Below are positions 44,326 through 52,717 of a DNA stretch of 64,000 nucleotides, in pieces. The notes beneath the pieces were generated by a model that was given only the letters and a program-made list of their open reading frames with translations, was not told the DNA's origin and searched no databases. This DNA comes from a virus. Made by a program: the position numbers and the translations under genes. Position 1 is the first letter of the stretch. Each line of letters starts with the position of its first letter. Location: IMG/VR virus record IMGVR_UViG_3300039216_000106, positions 1 to 64,000 of that record; one strand, written 5' to 3'.

Positions 44326-44715
44326 ATGACCAACCACCCGAACAGAAAGAAGACCGCGGCCCCGCTGCACTGGCGGCAGGGCGACGTACTGCTTGTCGCC
44401 ACGGATCGGATTCCGGCCGACGCCGCGCCGGTCGGACGCGACGAACACAACCGCTTGGTCCTCGCCAACGGCGAAGTCACCGGCCACGCCCACGTCTTCC
44501 GCGGCAAGGGCATCTGCGGTTTCACCAAACTCGACAACAAGGACATCGAATACCTTCTGGTCGAGACCGGTGGCGGTTCCGGCGCCACGCTCAAGCACGA
44601 GTTGGTCAGCGGCGCCAAGGCCGACCATGATCCGCAGCAAATTCCGGACGGCAAATATCTGCTTGGCCAGCAGGTCGAGTATACGCCGGCAGAACTTATC
44701 CGTGCGAGCGACTAA
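44326..44715 (+). CDS. hypothetical beta-rich protein (GEVTGHAH motif)
   Basis: 129 aa from the ATG at 44326, ending 1 nt before the repeat-protein start. Confidence 0.45.
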   Translation: MTNHPNRKKTAAPLHWRQGDVLLVATDRIPADAAPVGRDEHNRLVLANGEVTGHAHVFRGKGICGFTKLDNKDIEYLLVETGGGSGATLKHELVSGAKADHDPQQIPDGKYLLGQQVEYTPAELIRASD

Positions 44716-44716
44716 C

Positions 44717-46009
44717 ATGGCACAAAAACTCGAACTCACAGACGAGCGAAAAGCCATCATCACTGCTTCGCTCGAAGAGTGGATGGCAGCTGGACTGTCC
44801 ACTGCGCCGGCTGATTTTGGTGCGGCAGAGGAAGCCATTGCCGTCCTCTATAGCCACATCGGCCGTAAGCGGCCCCATTTTGTTCGGCTCAGTTCTCCGC
44901 TCGGTGCAGAACTTTACATAAACTTGCTTTGTCAAACTTGGCCCAAGGTTGATTTGAAGTCGCTCAGGGACCAGCTCAGGGACCAGCTCGGGGGCCAGCT
45001 CTGGGACCAGCTCGGGGACCAGCTCGGGGACCAGCTCGGGGACCAGCTCGGGGGCCAGCTCGGGGACCAGCTCGGGGGCCAGCTCAGGGACCAGCTCGGG
45101 GACCAGCTCTGGGACCAGCTCGGGGGCCAGCTCGGGGACCAGCTCTGGGACCAGCTCGGGGGCCAGCTCGGGGGCCAGCTCAGGGACCAGCTCGGGGACC
45201 AGCTCTGGGACCAGCTCGGGGGCCAGCTCGGGGACCAGCTCTGGGACCAGCTCAGGGACCAGCTCGGGGGCCAGCTCAGGGACCAGCTCAGGGACCAGAA
45301 ACTGAACTATATGGGAACGTGGTTCTGGGGCCAATGGGATTATTTATGGGCATGGCTGGATGGTGGTCGCCGGATTGGCGCTCATTACGATGACAAGCAG
45401 AACGCCATGCTTGATGCACACTGCACACTAGTCAAATCGTGCGGCTGGTTTTATCCGTTCGATGATTTCTGCATCATCACGGATCGACCGGAAATTATCG
45501 CGCGTGATGATCGTGGGAGGCCGCACTCTGACAATGGCCCTGCACTACGTTATCGTGACGGCTACAGTCTGTACGCGTCACATGGCGTGCGGGTCCCGAC
45601 CGATCTTGGCGTTGACCACTCCAAGATCACGGTAGCGCGGATCGACGCGGAACAGAATGCCGAGGTCCGTCGAGTTTTGATCGGCTGGTTCGGCATGGAC
45701 CGGTATTTGCGGGAATCTGGCGCTACGGTTGTGCATGAGGACTTTGACGCGCTGGGCAATCCGCGGCGCCTGTTCCGGCGTGAACAGCCGGACGACGAAG
45801 CGATTGTCGCCGTTGAGGTGACGGATTCGACACCGGTTCCGGATGGTGAGGCCAGAAAGTATGTGATGCGCGTTGATCCGACCAAGTATGACGGCCGCGC
45901 TGGCCGGGAGTGCCACGCTGCGATTGCATCGACGTGGCGGCGCAAGGATGATCTGTCCAAGATGATGTTTGCACGACCCGAGGATTATGCACCGGTAGGC
46001 GAGACGTGA
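44717..46009 (+). CDS. tetrapeptide-repeat protein: N-terminal helical region, 28 x L-x-[D/G]-Q repeats, W-rich C-terminal globular domain
   Basis: 430 aa from the ATG at 44717. The repeat block LRDQLRDQLGGQLWDQLGDQ... is followed by GTWFWGQWDYLWAWLDGG...DNGPALRYRDGYSLYASHGVRVP. Confidence 0.65.
   Translation: MAQKLELTDERKAIITASLEEWMAAGLSTAPADFGAAEEAIAVLYSHIGRKRPHFVRLSSPLGAELYINLLCQTWPKVDLKSLRDQLRDQLGGQLWDQLGDQLGDQLGDQLGGQLGDQLGGQLRDQLGDQLWDQLGGQLGDQLWDQLGGQLGGQLRDQLGDQLWDQLGGQLGDQLWDQLRDQLGGQLRDQLRDQKLNYMGTWFWGQWDYLWAWLDGGRRIGAHYDDKQNAMLDAHCTLVKSCGWFYPFDDFCIITDRPEIIARDDRGRPHSDNGPALRYRDGYSLYASHGVRVPTDLGVDHSKITVARIDAEQNAEVRRVLIGWFGMDRYLRESGATVVHEDFDALGNPRRLFRREQPDDEAIVAVEVTDSTPVPDGEARKYVMRVDPTKYDGRAGRECHAAIASTWRRKDDLSKMMFARPEDYAPVGET
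44963..45298 (+). repeat. 28 tandem copies of a 12-bp unit CTC-NGG-GRC-CAG, in frame
   Basis: Counted directly: 336 nt equals 28 x 12. Units 11-18 and 19-26 show a higher-order 8-unit (96-bp) pattern. Confidence 0.95.
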
Positions 46010-46245
46010 CCATGACACTCAGCGCAGAAGACTTTACCGCGATTGGTGTTCTGCTCGCCGGCCCAGACTGGAAACTACCGGTATCGAAAATGCTCGGCAT
46101 CAACGAGCGGACGGTGCGGCGCTGGGCGAGCGGCGAGGCTGCGGTGCCGTCTGGCGTTGTTCCGCAACTTGAGGAACTTTGCCGGTCTCACGCGACCGAT
46201 CTGTTGATGTCGGCGCACCGGCTCAAGGCAATAAAGGTGAAGTGA
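46006..46245 (+). CDS. HTH-like small protein
   Basis: VSKMLGINERTVRRWASGEAAVP. ATGA-type overlap with the repeat-protein stop. Confidence 0.45.
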   Translation: MTMTLSAEDFTAIGVLLAGPDWKLPVSKMLGINERTVRRWASGEAAVPSGVVPQLEELCRSHATDLLMSAHRLKAIKVK

Positions 46246-46299
46246 TGGCAAAAACACACATCGTCGTTGATACCGCGAACCGAAAACAAAGGATTGACC

Positions 46300-46713
46300 A
46301 TGGGCTGCGAAGAAAACACGGCGCACGGCGAGAGACCGGAGAATGACCCGGCTGACATACGCAGTGATGTTGCTGAAGGCTTGGCGTTTATTGACGGGCT
46401 CTCATCTGATGAGCTGCGCGCCTTCCTTGGCCTGTTCGCAGGCGCCAGATTTCCATGGACCAGTTTTAACGGCGAAGCGCCCTTTATCGGTAAGGCGGAA
46501 TGTGAGTGGGTTCCTGACTGGCGTGACTTTTACGGCAAGAGGTTGAAAGGTGCCGGGTTGTTTCGCTTTAAGGAAGGATCACCACACCCAGCGCTCGGTA
46601 TGTCACCAGGGTCGACGTTTGTCGATATCGACTGCGGGCCTACCGCTCTGGGGTATGATGTGCGAGAAGCTTGGTGGAACAGATTAAACAAAGAAGTAAA
46701 GGGTAAAATATGA
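46300..46713 (+). CDS. hypothetical protein
   Basis: The ATG at 46300 is preceded by AAGGA; the tracked TTG at 46267 is less likely. Confidence 0.4.
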   Translation: MGCEENTAHGERPENDPADIRSDVAEGLAFIDGLSSDELRAFLGLFAGARFPWTSFNGEAPFIGKAECEWVPDWRDFYGKRLKGAGLFRFKEGSPHPALGMSPGSTFVDIDCGPTALGYDVREAWWNRLNKEVKGKI

Positions 46714-46895
46714 GCGATGTTCCAACCATCACCACGTTCATGGGCAAAAACGTCGAGGACATGACGCGAGATGAGTTGATCGACGCCGTGAAGTGTTTGG
46801 GCAATATGGTTCAGTCGATGAGGCGCTGCCAAGAAATTCAGCGTGAGATTGATGAACATCGGCGCCAGCGCTCGGCCGAATATGTGGGTTTGTAA
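46710..46895 (+). CDS. hypothetical protein
   Basis: 61-aa ORF with an ATGA overlap. Confidence 0.4.
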   Translation: MSDVPTITTFMGKNVEDMTRDELIDAVKCLGNMVQSMRRCQEIQREIDEHRRQRSAEYVGL

Positions 46896-46952
46896 CTCCC
46901 GCCCAACCGGTTTACATTCTGCATTCCGCGTTACAACCATCGGGCGCCCCGC

Positions 46953-48680
46953 ATGTTCAAAAAAATTGCCGCCACCGTTCCGGCCTATGACTGGGCGCCA
47001 GATGGCTCCCGCTTCCGCAAATTGGATCTGTTTGACCGGTTGCTGGACGGCACTTTTTACGACGGGCTGAAGCACTCGTTTTACGATGAGACCGAGGGCA
47101 TGGGCCAAGCCGCGGTCCCGATCCCGATCGATCAGCGCCGCCCGTCAACACAATACCGCCTTCCCCGCATGGTGGCGCGCTGGTCCAGCCGCAAGCTGTT
47201 TTCGGGTCGCCACGTCCCCCGCATCAAGCACGATGACCCCAAGGCTAAGGCACGGGTGGAGGCCCTCATCGTCTCGACCGGGCTTTACCGCAAGATGATG
47301 GAAATTGCGTTTCGCGGCTCTGTGGGCTCGGTGGCGGCGACGTTCAGGGTCGAGACCAACCCCGCGGCGGACGGCAAAAACGAGGATGTGCGCTGCGGCG
47401 TGAACGTGTGGAAGGCCAAATGGTGCTGGCCCAGCTTTGACACGATGGGCGAGTTGTCCGCGTTACGCATTGCCTACCTGACGTGGCCCGCCGCGTTCGC
47501 CGCGATGAACCTCCCCGACCTCAAGCCGATGGAACCGAACCGGCAATACTGGTTCATCCGCGATTACCTGACCAACTCGGAAGTGACGTTTCAGCCGGTT
47601 CTGAAAGAGGACTGGGACCCCTGTAACGGGTTCAAAGAGGGCGCGACCGAGCACGAATTGACGCCGTGGGACACCCACACGCACGATTTTGGCTTTGTGC
47701 CGGGGCATTGGTTCAAGAATTTGGCCGGCGGCGAAGACCCGGACGGGGCCTGCACATGGGAAGATGCAATCCCGGATTCGATCGAACTTGACTATGTTTT
47801 CAGCCAGGTCGCGCGCGGCACCCGTTACAACTGTGCTCCGCAGCCGGTCATCATCGGAAACCTGATGAACCCCGGTGACATGACGCGCGGGCCTGCCGTG
47901 GCGCTGTTCCTGGAGCCTGGGCGAAAGGACCCTGAAGGTAACGTAATCAACGCGGGCGACGCCAAGCTGCTCGAAATGACCGGCAAGGGGATCGAGGCCG
48001 GATTGATGGTGGTGGACAAGCTCCACGACCACGCGCTCGAGCAAATCAGCGCGGCCCGCAAGGACCCTCAGCGCATGAAGGGTGTGTTGTCCGGCCGCGG
48101 CATGGAATTCCTGGACCAGGACAGCCACGACCTCGTTATGGAACTGCGCACCGCCTACGGCGACGAAGGCTTGCTGCCGCTGCTCCGCAAGATGTGCGTT
48201 GCGGTCTACGACGGCGAGATTGACGCGGCCCGTATCGCGTTACAGTGGCCGCGTCTCAACCAGCCGGAAGCGGCCGACATATCGTCAATGGCGGACGGTA
48301 TCAGCAAGTTGCTCAATCCGCTCCAAGCCGCCTATGCCCCGGCCCGGCCCGCGTCCAGCGAAAAAGGCCCGGACGGCACCACGACGCCGGTCCCGGCCAG
48401 CGAAGAGCAAAAGCCGCCGGAAGACTTCATGTTGGTCACGCCGGACCAAGCCAAGCTGTTCGTCTCGACCTATCTCGACCTGACAACGCTGGAACTGGAC
48501 GGCGCCGCCGTGGCGGAAGTCGAGGAACAGTCCACCGCCGACCTGCCGGGCGAGCCGATTGAGACCGCGCCGGCCGCGCTTGGGCCGGAAGACCAAGAAG
48601 TAATCGAGGGCGAAGGCGAGGCGCAGACCGATCCTGTCGCGGACGCCATGCAGAATGTCATCAATCGGATGGGGATGTAG
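46953..48680 (+). CDS. portal protein (putative)
   Basis: 575 aa with an acidic C-terminal tail. It is the only portal-sized ORF between terminase and capsid genes. The call rests on size and context, not motif. Confidence 0.6.
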   Translation: MFKKIAATVPAYDWAPDGSRFRKLDLFDRLLDGTFYDGLKHSFYDETEGMGQAAVPIPIDQRRPSTQYRLPRMVARWSSRKLFSGRHVPRIKHDDPKAKARVEALIVSTGLYRKMMEIAFRGSVGSVAATFRVETNPAADGKNEDVRCGVNVWKAKWCWPSFDTMGELSALRIAYLTWPAAFAAMNLPDLKPMEPNRQYWFIRDYLTNSEVTFQPVLKEDWDPCNGFKEGATEHELTPWDTHTHDFGFVPGHWFKNLAGGEDPDGACTWEDAIPDSIELDYVFSQVARGTRYNCAPQPVIIGNLMNPGDMTRGPAVALFLEPGRKDPEGNVINAGDAKLLEMTGKGIEAGLMVVDKLHDHALEQISAARKDPQRMKGVLSGRGMEFLDQDSHDLVMELRTAYGDEGLLPLLRKMCVAVYDGEIDAARIALQWPRLNQPEAADISSMADGISKLLNPLQAAYAPARPASSEKGPDGTTTPVPASEEQKPPEDFMLVTPDQAKLFVSTYLDLTTLELDGAAVAEVEEQSTADLPGEPIETAPAALGPEDQEVIEGEGEAQTDPVADAMQNVINRMGM

Positions 48681-48681
48681 G

Positions 48682-48891
48682 ATGAACGGTTGGCAACCGA
48701 TTGAGACCGCGCCAGATGGGTATACCGATGGCAAGTTTCACTACGTCCTGTTCCTTGGCGTCAGCGTTTCTGGCGCGTTCAGCCACCCCGTGGTCGTAAA
48801 TGGCTGGATGGATAGCGACCGCAAACCAGTGCAATGGTATCACTATCGCCTGAAAATTACCCACTGGATGCCAATGCCGGAACTGCCATGA
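48682..48891 (+). CDS. DUF551-like protein
   Basis: MNGWQPIETAPDG....ITHWMPMPELP is the typical DUF551 start and end. Confidence 0.55.
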   Translation: MNGWQPIETAPDGYTDGKFHYVLFLGVSVSGAFSHPVVVNGWMDSDRKPVQWYHYRLKITHWMPMPELP

Positions 48892-49520
48892 TTGCGGCGT
48901 TGTTTGTCGAGACGAACGGCTGCTACTTCGGACTTGAAGGCGTGGACCCATGGGACGAAACGCGAGACGCGCGGCTCTATCCCGGCCCGCACCCCGTCGT
49001 CGCGCATCCGCCCTGCCAGCGATGGGGGAGGTTCTGGCATGGCAGCACGCGCAAACCGCATCAATTCAAACTTGGCGATGACGGCGGCTGCTTTGCCTCT
49101 GCGCTGGCTTCTGTGCGGCACTGGGGTGGCGTGCTTGAGCATCCGGCAGACAGCCGGACCTGGTCGGCGTTCAACCTCAACGCCCCGCCGCGCGAAGGCG
49201 GGTGGATCGCCGCCGATATGTCAGGCGGCTGGACGTGCTACGTTGAGCAGGGATTTTACGGTCACCCTTCACGCAAGCCAACTTGGCTGTACGCCCATGG
49301 CGTCGATCTGCCGGCGCTTCACTGGGGCCGCGGCAATCAGCGCTTGCCCGAATGGATGATTGAGCGTTACGGTTACGAAAAGGCGCGGCGCATCGGCGTT
49401 GTTGCTATGATCGGCGGTAAGGACAAGACGAAGATCCGCAACGCCACGCCGCCGCAGTTCCGCGATCTTTTATTGTCGATTGCGCGGACCGCGGCCGTCG
49501 CACAAACCAAGGCAGCCTGA
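48888..49520 (+). CDS. C5-methyltransferase-like protein with PPCQ and E-x-P motifs but no recognisable AdoMet motif I
   Basis: VAHPPCQRWGRF and GGVLEHPADS resemble motifs IV and VI. The N-terminus ALFVETNGCYFG lacks FxGxG. Confidence 0.55.
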   Translation: MIAALFVETNGCYFGLEGVDPWDETRDARLYPGPHPVVAHPPCQRWGRFWHGSTRKPHQFKLGDDGGCFASALASVRHWGGVLEHPADSRTWSAFNLNAPPREGGWIAADMSGGWTCYVEQGFYGHPSRKPTWLYAHGVDLPALHWGRGNQRLPEWMIERYGYEKARRIGVVAMIGGKDKTKIRNATPPQFRDLLLSIARTAAVAQTKAA

Positions 49521-49524
49521 CCCC

Positions 49525-49944
49525 ATGCGTGACACCATCATCCGCCGCATCCGCCTCCCCCAGCCCAAGATGGGCGGCAAGATGTTCCTTATCCAGGAGC
49601 CTGGGCTTTACGTATTCGAGGAAGGCCCGGCGACGCTTATCACGCTGGCCGTAACGCACGCCGGGTCAGGGACCATCCTTGGTTACGACGGCGTGCCGGA
49701 CGAAAACGGGCGGTTCCCGGACGAGGAAATGCAGGAATGGATGCCGGACGGCAGCCGCAACCCGGACTACGACACCCGCAACGGCCGGGCGATCTACCGC
49801 GCCACACCTGCAGTAATGGGCTCTTGGATGGCGTCAGGCGGCTGTTTTCACGGTCTGGTCATCCATGCGGACGGCGGCGGCCATTCGGTCTGCCCGTTCG
49901 CCACTGTAGTCTGGAACGCATACAAGGCGAGGGAGAAGACATGA
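49525..49944 (+). CDS. hypothetical protein
   Basis: 139 aa from the ATG at 49525. It may be a distant paralogue of the 52290-52643 product. Confidence 0.4.
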   Translation: MRDTIIRRIRLPQPKMGGKMFLIQEPGLYVFEEGPATLITLAVTHAGSGTILGYDGVPDENGRFPDEEMQEWMPDGSRNPDYDTRNGRAIYRATPAVMGSWMASGGCFHGLVIHADGGGHSVCPFATVVWNAYKAREKT

Positions 49945-50834
49945 GCAAGTCGATTTGCATCTATCACGGCGGCTGCGATGACGGGTTTGCCGCGGCATGG
50001 GCGCTCCGCACATCAATGGTGCCTGACACATTCGAGTTTCACCCCGGCGTCTACGGTAACGCTCCTCCTGACGTTTCTGATCGGCACGTTGTTCTTGTCG
50101 ATTTCAGCTACAAGCGCCCAATTCTGACCGAAATGGCGAAGGCAGCAAAGTCAATTCTCATTCTCGACCACCACAAGACGGCGGCCGAAGACCTCGCCGG
50201 AATGCCGCACCCCGGCACCCGCGACGAATGGTGTTTCAGTAAGGCGCCGGACGGCGTCGCGGCGATCTTCGATATGACCCGAAGCGGCTCCGGTATCGCG
50301 TGGGATTTCTTTCACCCGTATCAGGCGCGCCCTGCGTTCATCAATTATGTCGAGGACCGCGACCTTTGGCGCAAGGCGCTTCCGAACGGCGACGAATTTA
50401 CCATCGCTCTGCGGTCACATCCACAAGACTTTGAGACGTGGGACAGGCTTGTCGCCGCAGGCCCAGCGCCCCTGATCGAAGAAGGCCGCGCAATTCAGCG
50501 CTATTATCGGCTTCGCGTCGAGGAACTGAAGCAAAGCTCCTATCTCGCAAAGATTGCTTGGGGCCATGACACCAGAGACCTTACGCGGTCCACCATCGCC
50601 ATCGCGAACGCGCCATATTTTGCGGCGAGTGAGGTTGCGGGCGAACTATGCGCCGTCGATGGTGCCGAGTTTGGGGCAAGCTATTTCGAGGTACGGCCTG
50701 GACAATGGCAATATTCGCTACGATCCCGTGGTGATTTCGATGTTTCGGCGGTCGCCAAGTGCTTCGGTGGCGGCGGGCACAAGAACGCAAGCGGTTTCAC
50801 CATGCCATGGCCCGTTCACGAGAAATTGCCGTGA
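49941..50834 (+). CDS. DHH/DHHA1-family phosphoesterase
   Basis: IYHGGCDDG (motif I region), VLVDFS, ILDHHKT (DHH) and the C-terminal GGGHKNASGF (DHHA1 GGGH). ATGA overlap. Confidence 0.7.
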   Translation: MSKSICIYHGGCDDGFAAAWALRTSMVPDTFEFHPGVYGNAPPDVSDRHVVLVDFSYKRPILTEMAKAAKSILILDHHKTAAEDLAGMPHPGTRDEWCFSKAPDGVAAIFDMTRSGSGIAWDFFHPYQARPAFINYVEDRDLWRKALPNGDEFTIALRSHPQDFETWDRLVAAGPAPLIEEGRAIQRYYRLRVEELKQSSYLAKIAWGHDTRDLTRSTIAIANAPYFAASEVAGELCAVDGAEFGASYFEVRPGQWQYSLRSRGDFDVSAVAKCFGGGGHKNASGFTMPWPVHEKLP

Positions 50835-51061
50835 AGCAGCACCGCACCACCGGCCGCCCCGTGAACAACTCCGTCAGGCACAGCCGGTGCCAGAAGATCA
50901 CACGTTACGCCATCGCGACCGCTTTTGCGATTGCACACACCGAACAGTTGCCGGAAACTCTACCCTGCGCATGGTGTGACGGCGATTTCCCGTTGGACGA
51001 ATTTAGGTGGGTAAACGGCGAGAAGATCGGCGACACCAAACCCAAAGAGGAAGTGGCATGA
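50831..51061 (+). CDS. hypothetical protein
   Basis: 76 aa from the GTG at 50831 (GTGA overlap). Confidence 0.35.
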   Translation: MKQHRTTGRPVNNSVRHSRCQKITRYAIATAFAIAHTEQLPETLPCAWCDGDFPLDEFRWVNGEKIGDTKPKEEVA

Positions 51062-51351
51062 CCGGTCCCAAAGTCGTCACGCTCAGCGGCGAGCCCATTG
51101 AACACGCAATTGAGGGCAACACACCGCTGGCCACGCTGAAGCGGCTCGTCGAGAAGGTCGAAAGCGGCGATATTGTGCTCAAAACCGTGCTGATTTTGGG
51201 GGAAAGTCCAAGTCCAAAAGACCCAAGTTGCGTTTTCACGAAGGCATGGGACAGCGATATCACGGTGGAGCGGATGATTACGATCATGGAAATGACGAAA
51301 TTCGACCTAATCGCCAAGTCGATGGGCATTATCCGGGAGGACGACGCATGA
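51058..51351 (+). CDS. hypothetical protein
   Basis: 97 aa with an ATGA overlap. Confidence 0.4.
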   Translation: MTGPKVVTLSGEPIEHAIEGNTPLATLKRLVEKVESGDIVLKTVLILGESPSPKDPSCVFTKAWDSDITVERMITIMEMTKFDLIAKSMGIIREDDA

Positions 51352-51953
51352 TCAAGACGCGCTACGAGATGACTGAATTGACCACGTACAAAATTGGTGG
51401 AGCATCAGCCGACGAAGCGCTTGTGGTTGTGGATGGCCAGCAAATATTGACCCAGTGCCTTGAGGCCGATACTGCGGCCGGCACCGCCTTGGTCTACGAG
51501 ACCGACGAACACGGCCATTTCGTCCGCGACGGCGTGAACCGCAAGACCAAGATGATCCACAGCGCCAGCCTCCGCATCATGCGCCGGATCGATCCGAAGC
51601 CCAACACAGATCCCAGCGTTGAGGCGATCATCGCGGCGCAGAAAGCGCATTACCGGCGCCGGGCCGACGAAGCGGTTGGCGCTGAGGGCAAATTGTGGGC
51701 CAAATTGATGCTTGGCCTCTGCGACCCGCTGGTGCGATGGGTCAATAGCCATGCCGTCCGCGCCGCCAAGGGCGACGTGCTCCGCGCCGTGACATGTGCT
51801 GCAGCCTGCCTGGCGGCCCAGGCGATCAAAAATACCGGCGACACCGACGACATTGCCCAGCGAAAATACGTCGAGACGCTGTTTACCGACGAATTGTCGC
51901 GGCTTTTGAAGCAGCAAGTCGCGGGCCAGACCATCACCCGCACGGATGCGTGA
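51348..51953 (+). CDS. hypothetical protein
   Basis: 201 aa with an ATGA overlap. Confidence 0.4.
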   Translation: MIKTRYEMTELTTYKIGGASADEALVVVDGQQILTQCLEADTAAGTALVYETDEHGHFVRDGVNRKTKMIHSASLRIMRRIDPKPNTDPSVEAIIAAQKAHYRRRADEAVGAEGKLWAKLMLGLCDPLVRWVNSHAVRAAKGDVLRAVTCAAACLAAQAIKNTGDTDDIAQRKYVETLFTDELSRLLKQQVAGQTITRTDA

Positions 51954-51964
51954 AGGAGAAAGAC

Positions 51965-52297
51965 ATGGATTTTACCCAAAGGGTTTCGCTACTACGACGT
52001 GAAATGATCGAAAACGTGCATCCTCTGGAAAAAGAGGTTTTGATCGGGGCTTCTGACGCGGCCAAAGCCGGGGGAGCGGAAACACTATCAGAAACTGAGT
52101 TTGTGGAAGGATATAAGATTGGCGACGATCTTGCCGACGTGGCCAACAGCATGATTCGAGATGCTCGGAACTTTGGCGTTCGTATTGGCCAGACGATCTC
52201 TCCAGACGCGGCGAAAAGATTGGTGGTTGATGCCGTTTTTATGAGCTTTTCTGAAAAAAGCGACATCATCCTCTTGAAATTGACGGCTAATGCTTGA
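51965..52297 (+). CDS. hypothetical protein
   Basis: 110 aa. The ATG at 51965 is preceded by GAAGGAGAAAG. Confidence 0.4.
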   Translation: MDFTQRVSLLRREMIENVHPLEKEVLIGASDAAKAGGAETLSETEFVEGYKIGDDLADVANSMIRDARNFGVRIGQTISPDAAKRLVVDAVFMSFSEKSDIILLKLTANA

Positions 52298-52643
52298 ACC
52301 CCCCGAAATCGACATGCGCACGGTGCGGGACATCTACACGCCGCCCGCGCCCGGCACGTTGATGCGCATGGTCAGTCTGCACAAGAGCGGGCTGTACCGG
52401 CTGGCGAGGCGTTCGAGTGAACTCTACTCGGTTTTGATCGTCGGGCAGGGGGCTTGGGCGAAGGCGCGGATCATGACCGGCACCGGTCGGCCGGTCTGGG
52501 AAATGCCTTCGGCCTTCAGTGGTTCATTTCTCCTGCTCGGGTATTGCGAAGAAGGTATCATCGCCCACCTTCACGCATTCGAGCAAGGCGACAGTCTCAA
52601 TTTCTCGGTCCAGTTCAGAGAACCGGACGCCAAGCTGGTTTGA
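52290..52643 (+). CDS. hypothetical protein
   Basis: 117-aa ORF overlapping the previous stop by 8 nt. Confidence 0.4.
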   Translation: MLEPPEIDMRTVRDIYTPPAPGTLMRMVSLHKSGLYRLARRSSELYSVLIVGQGAWAKARIMTGTGRPVWEMPSAFSGSFLLLGYCEEGIIAHLHAFEQGDSLNFSVQFREPDAKLV

Positions 52644-52717
52644 TAACGCGTTACATCATTCCCCGTTTGTAAGTTCCGCCGGTTGCGATAAACTGCGCAC
52701 CGAAAGGTTCGTAACGC

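Noticed and set aside
44014-44838. 274-aa minus-strand ORF, and the 232-aa minus ORF at 43173-43871
   Set aside because: They are antisense to several short plus-strand genes that have proper starts and overlaps. The translations are Arg/Ala/Gly-rich without domains.
44963-45298. Tandem repeat array considered as a possible CRISPR array
   Set aside because: The units are only 12 bp, directly abutting with no spacers, and sit in frame inside a CDS. No cas genes are present.
44696-45334. 212-aa minus-strand ORF encoding PELVPELAPELV repeats
   Set aside because: It is the antisense shadow of the 12-bp tandem array. The plus-strand frame is embedded in a 430-aa gene with non-repeat flanks and coupled neighbours, whereas the minus ORF has no independent support.
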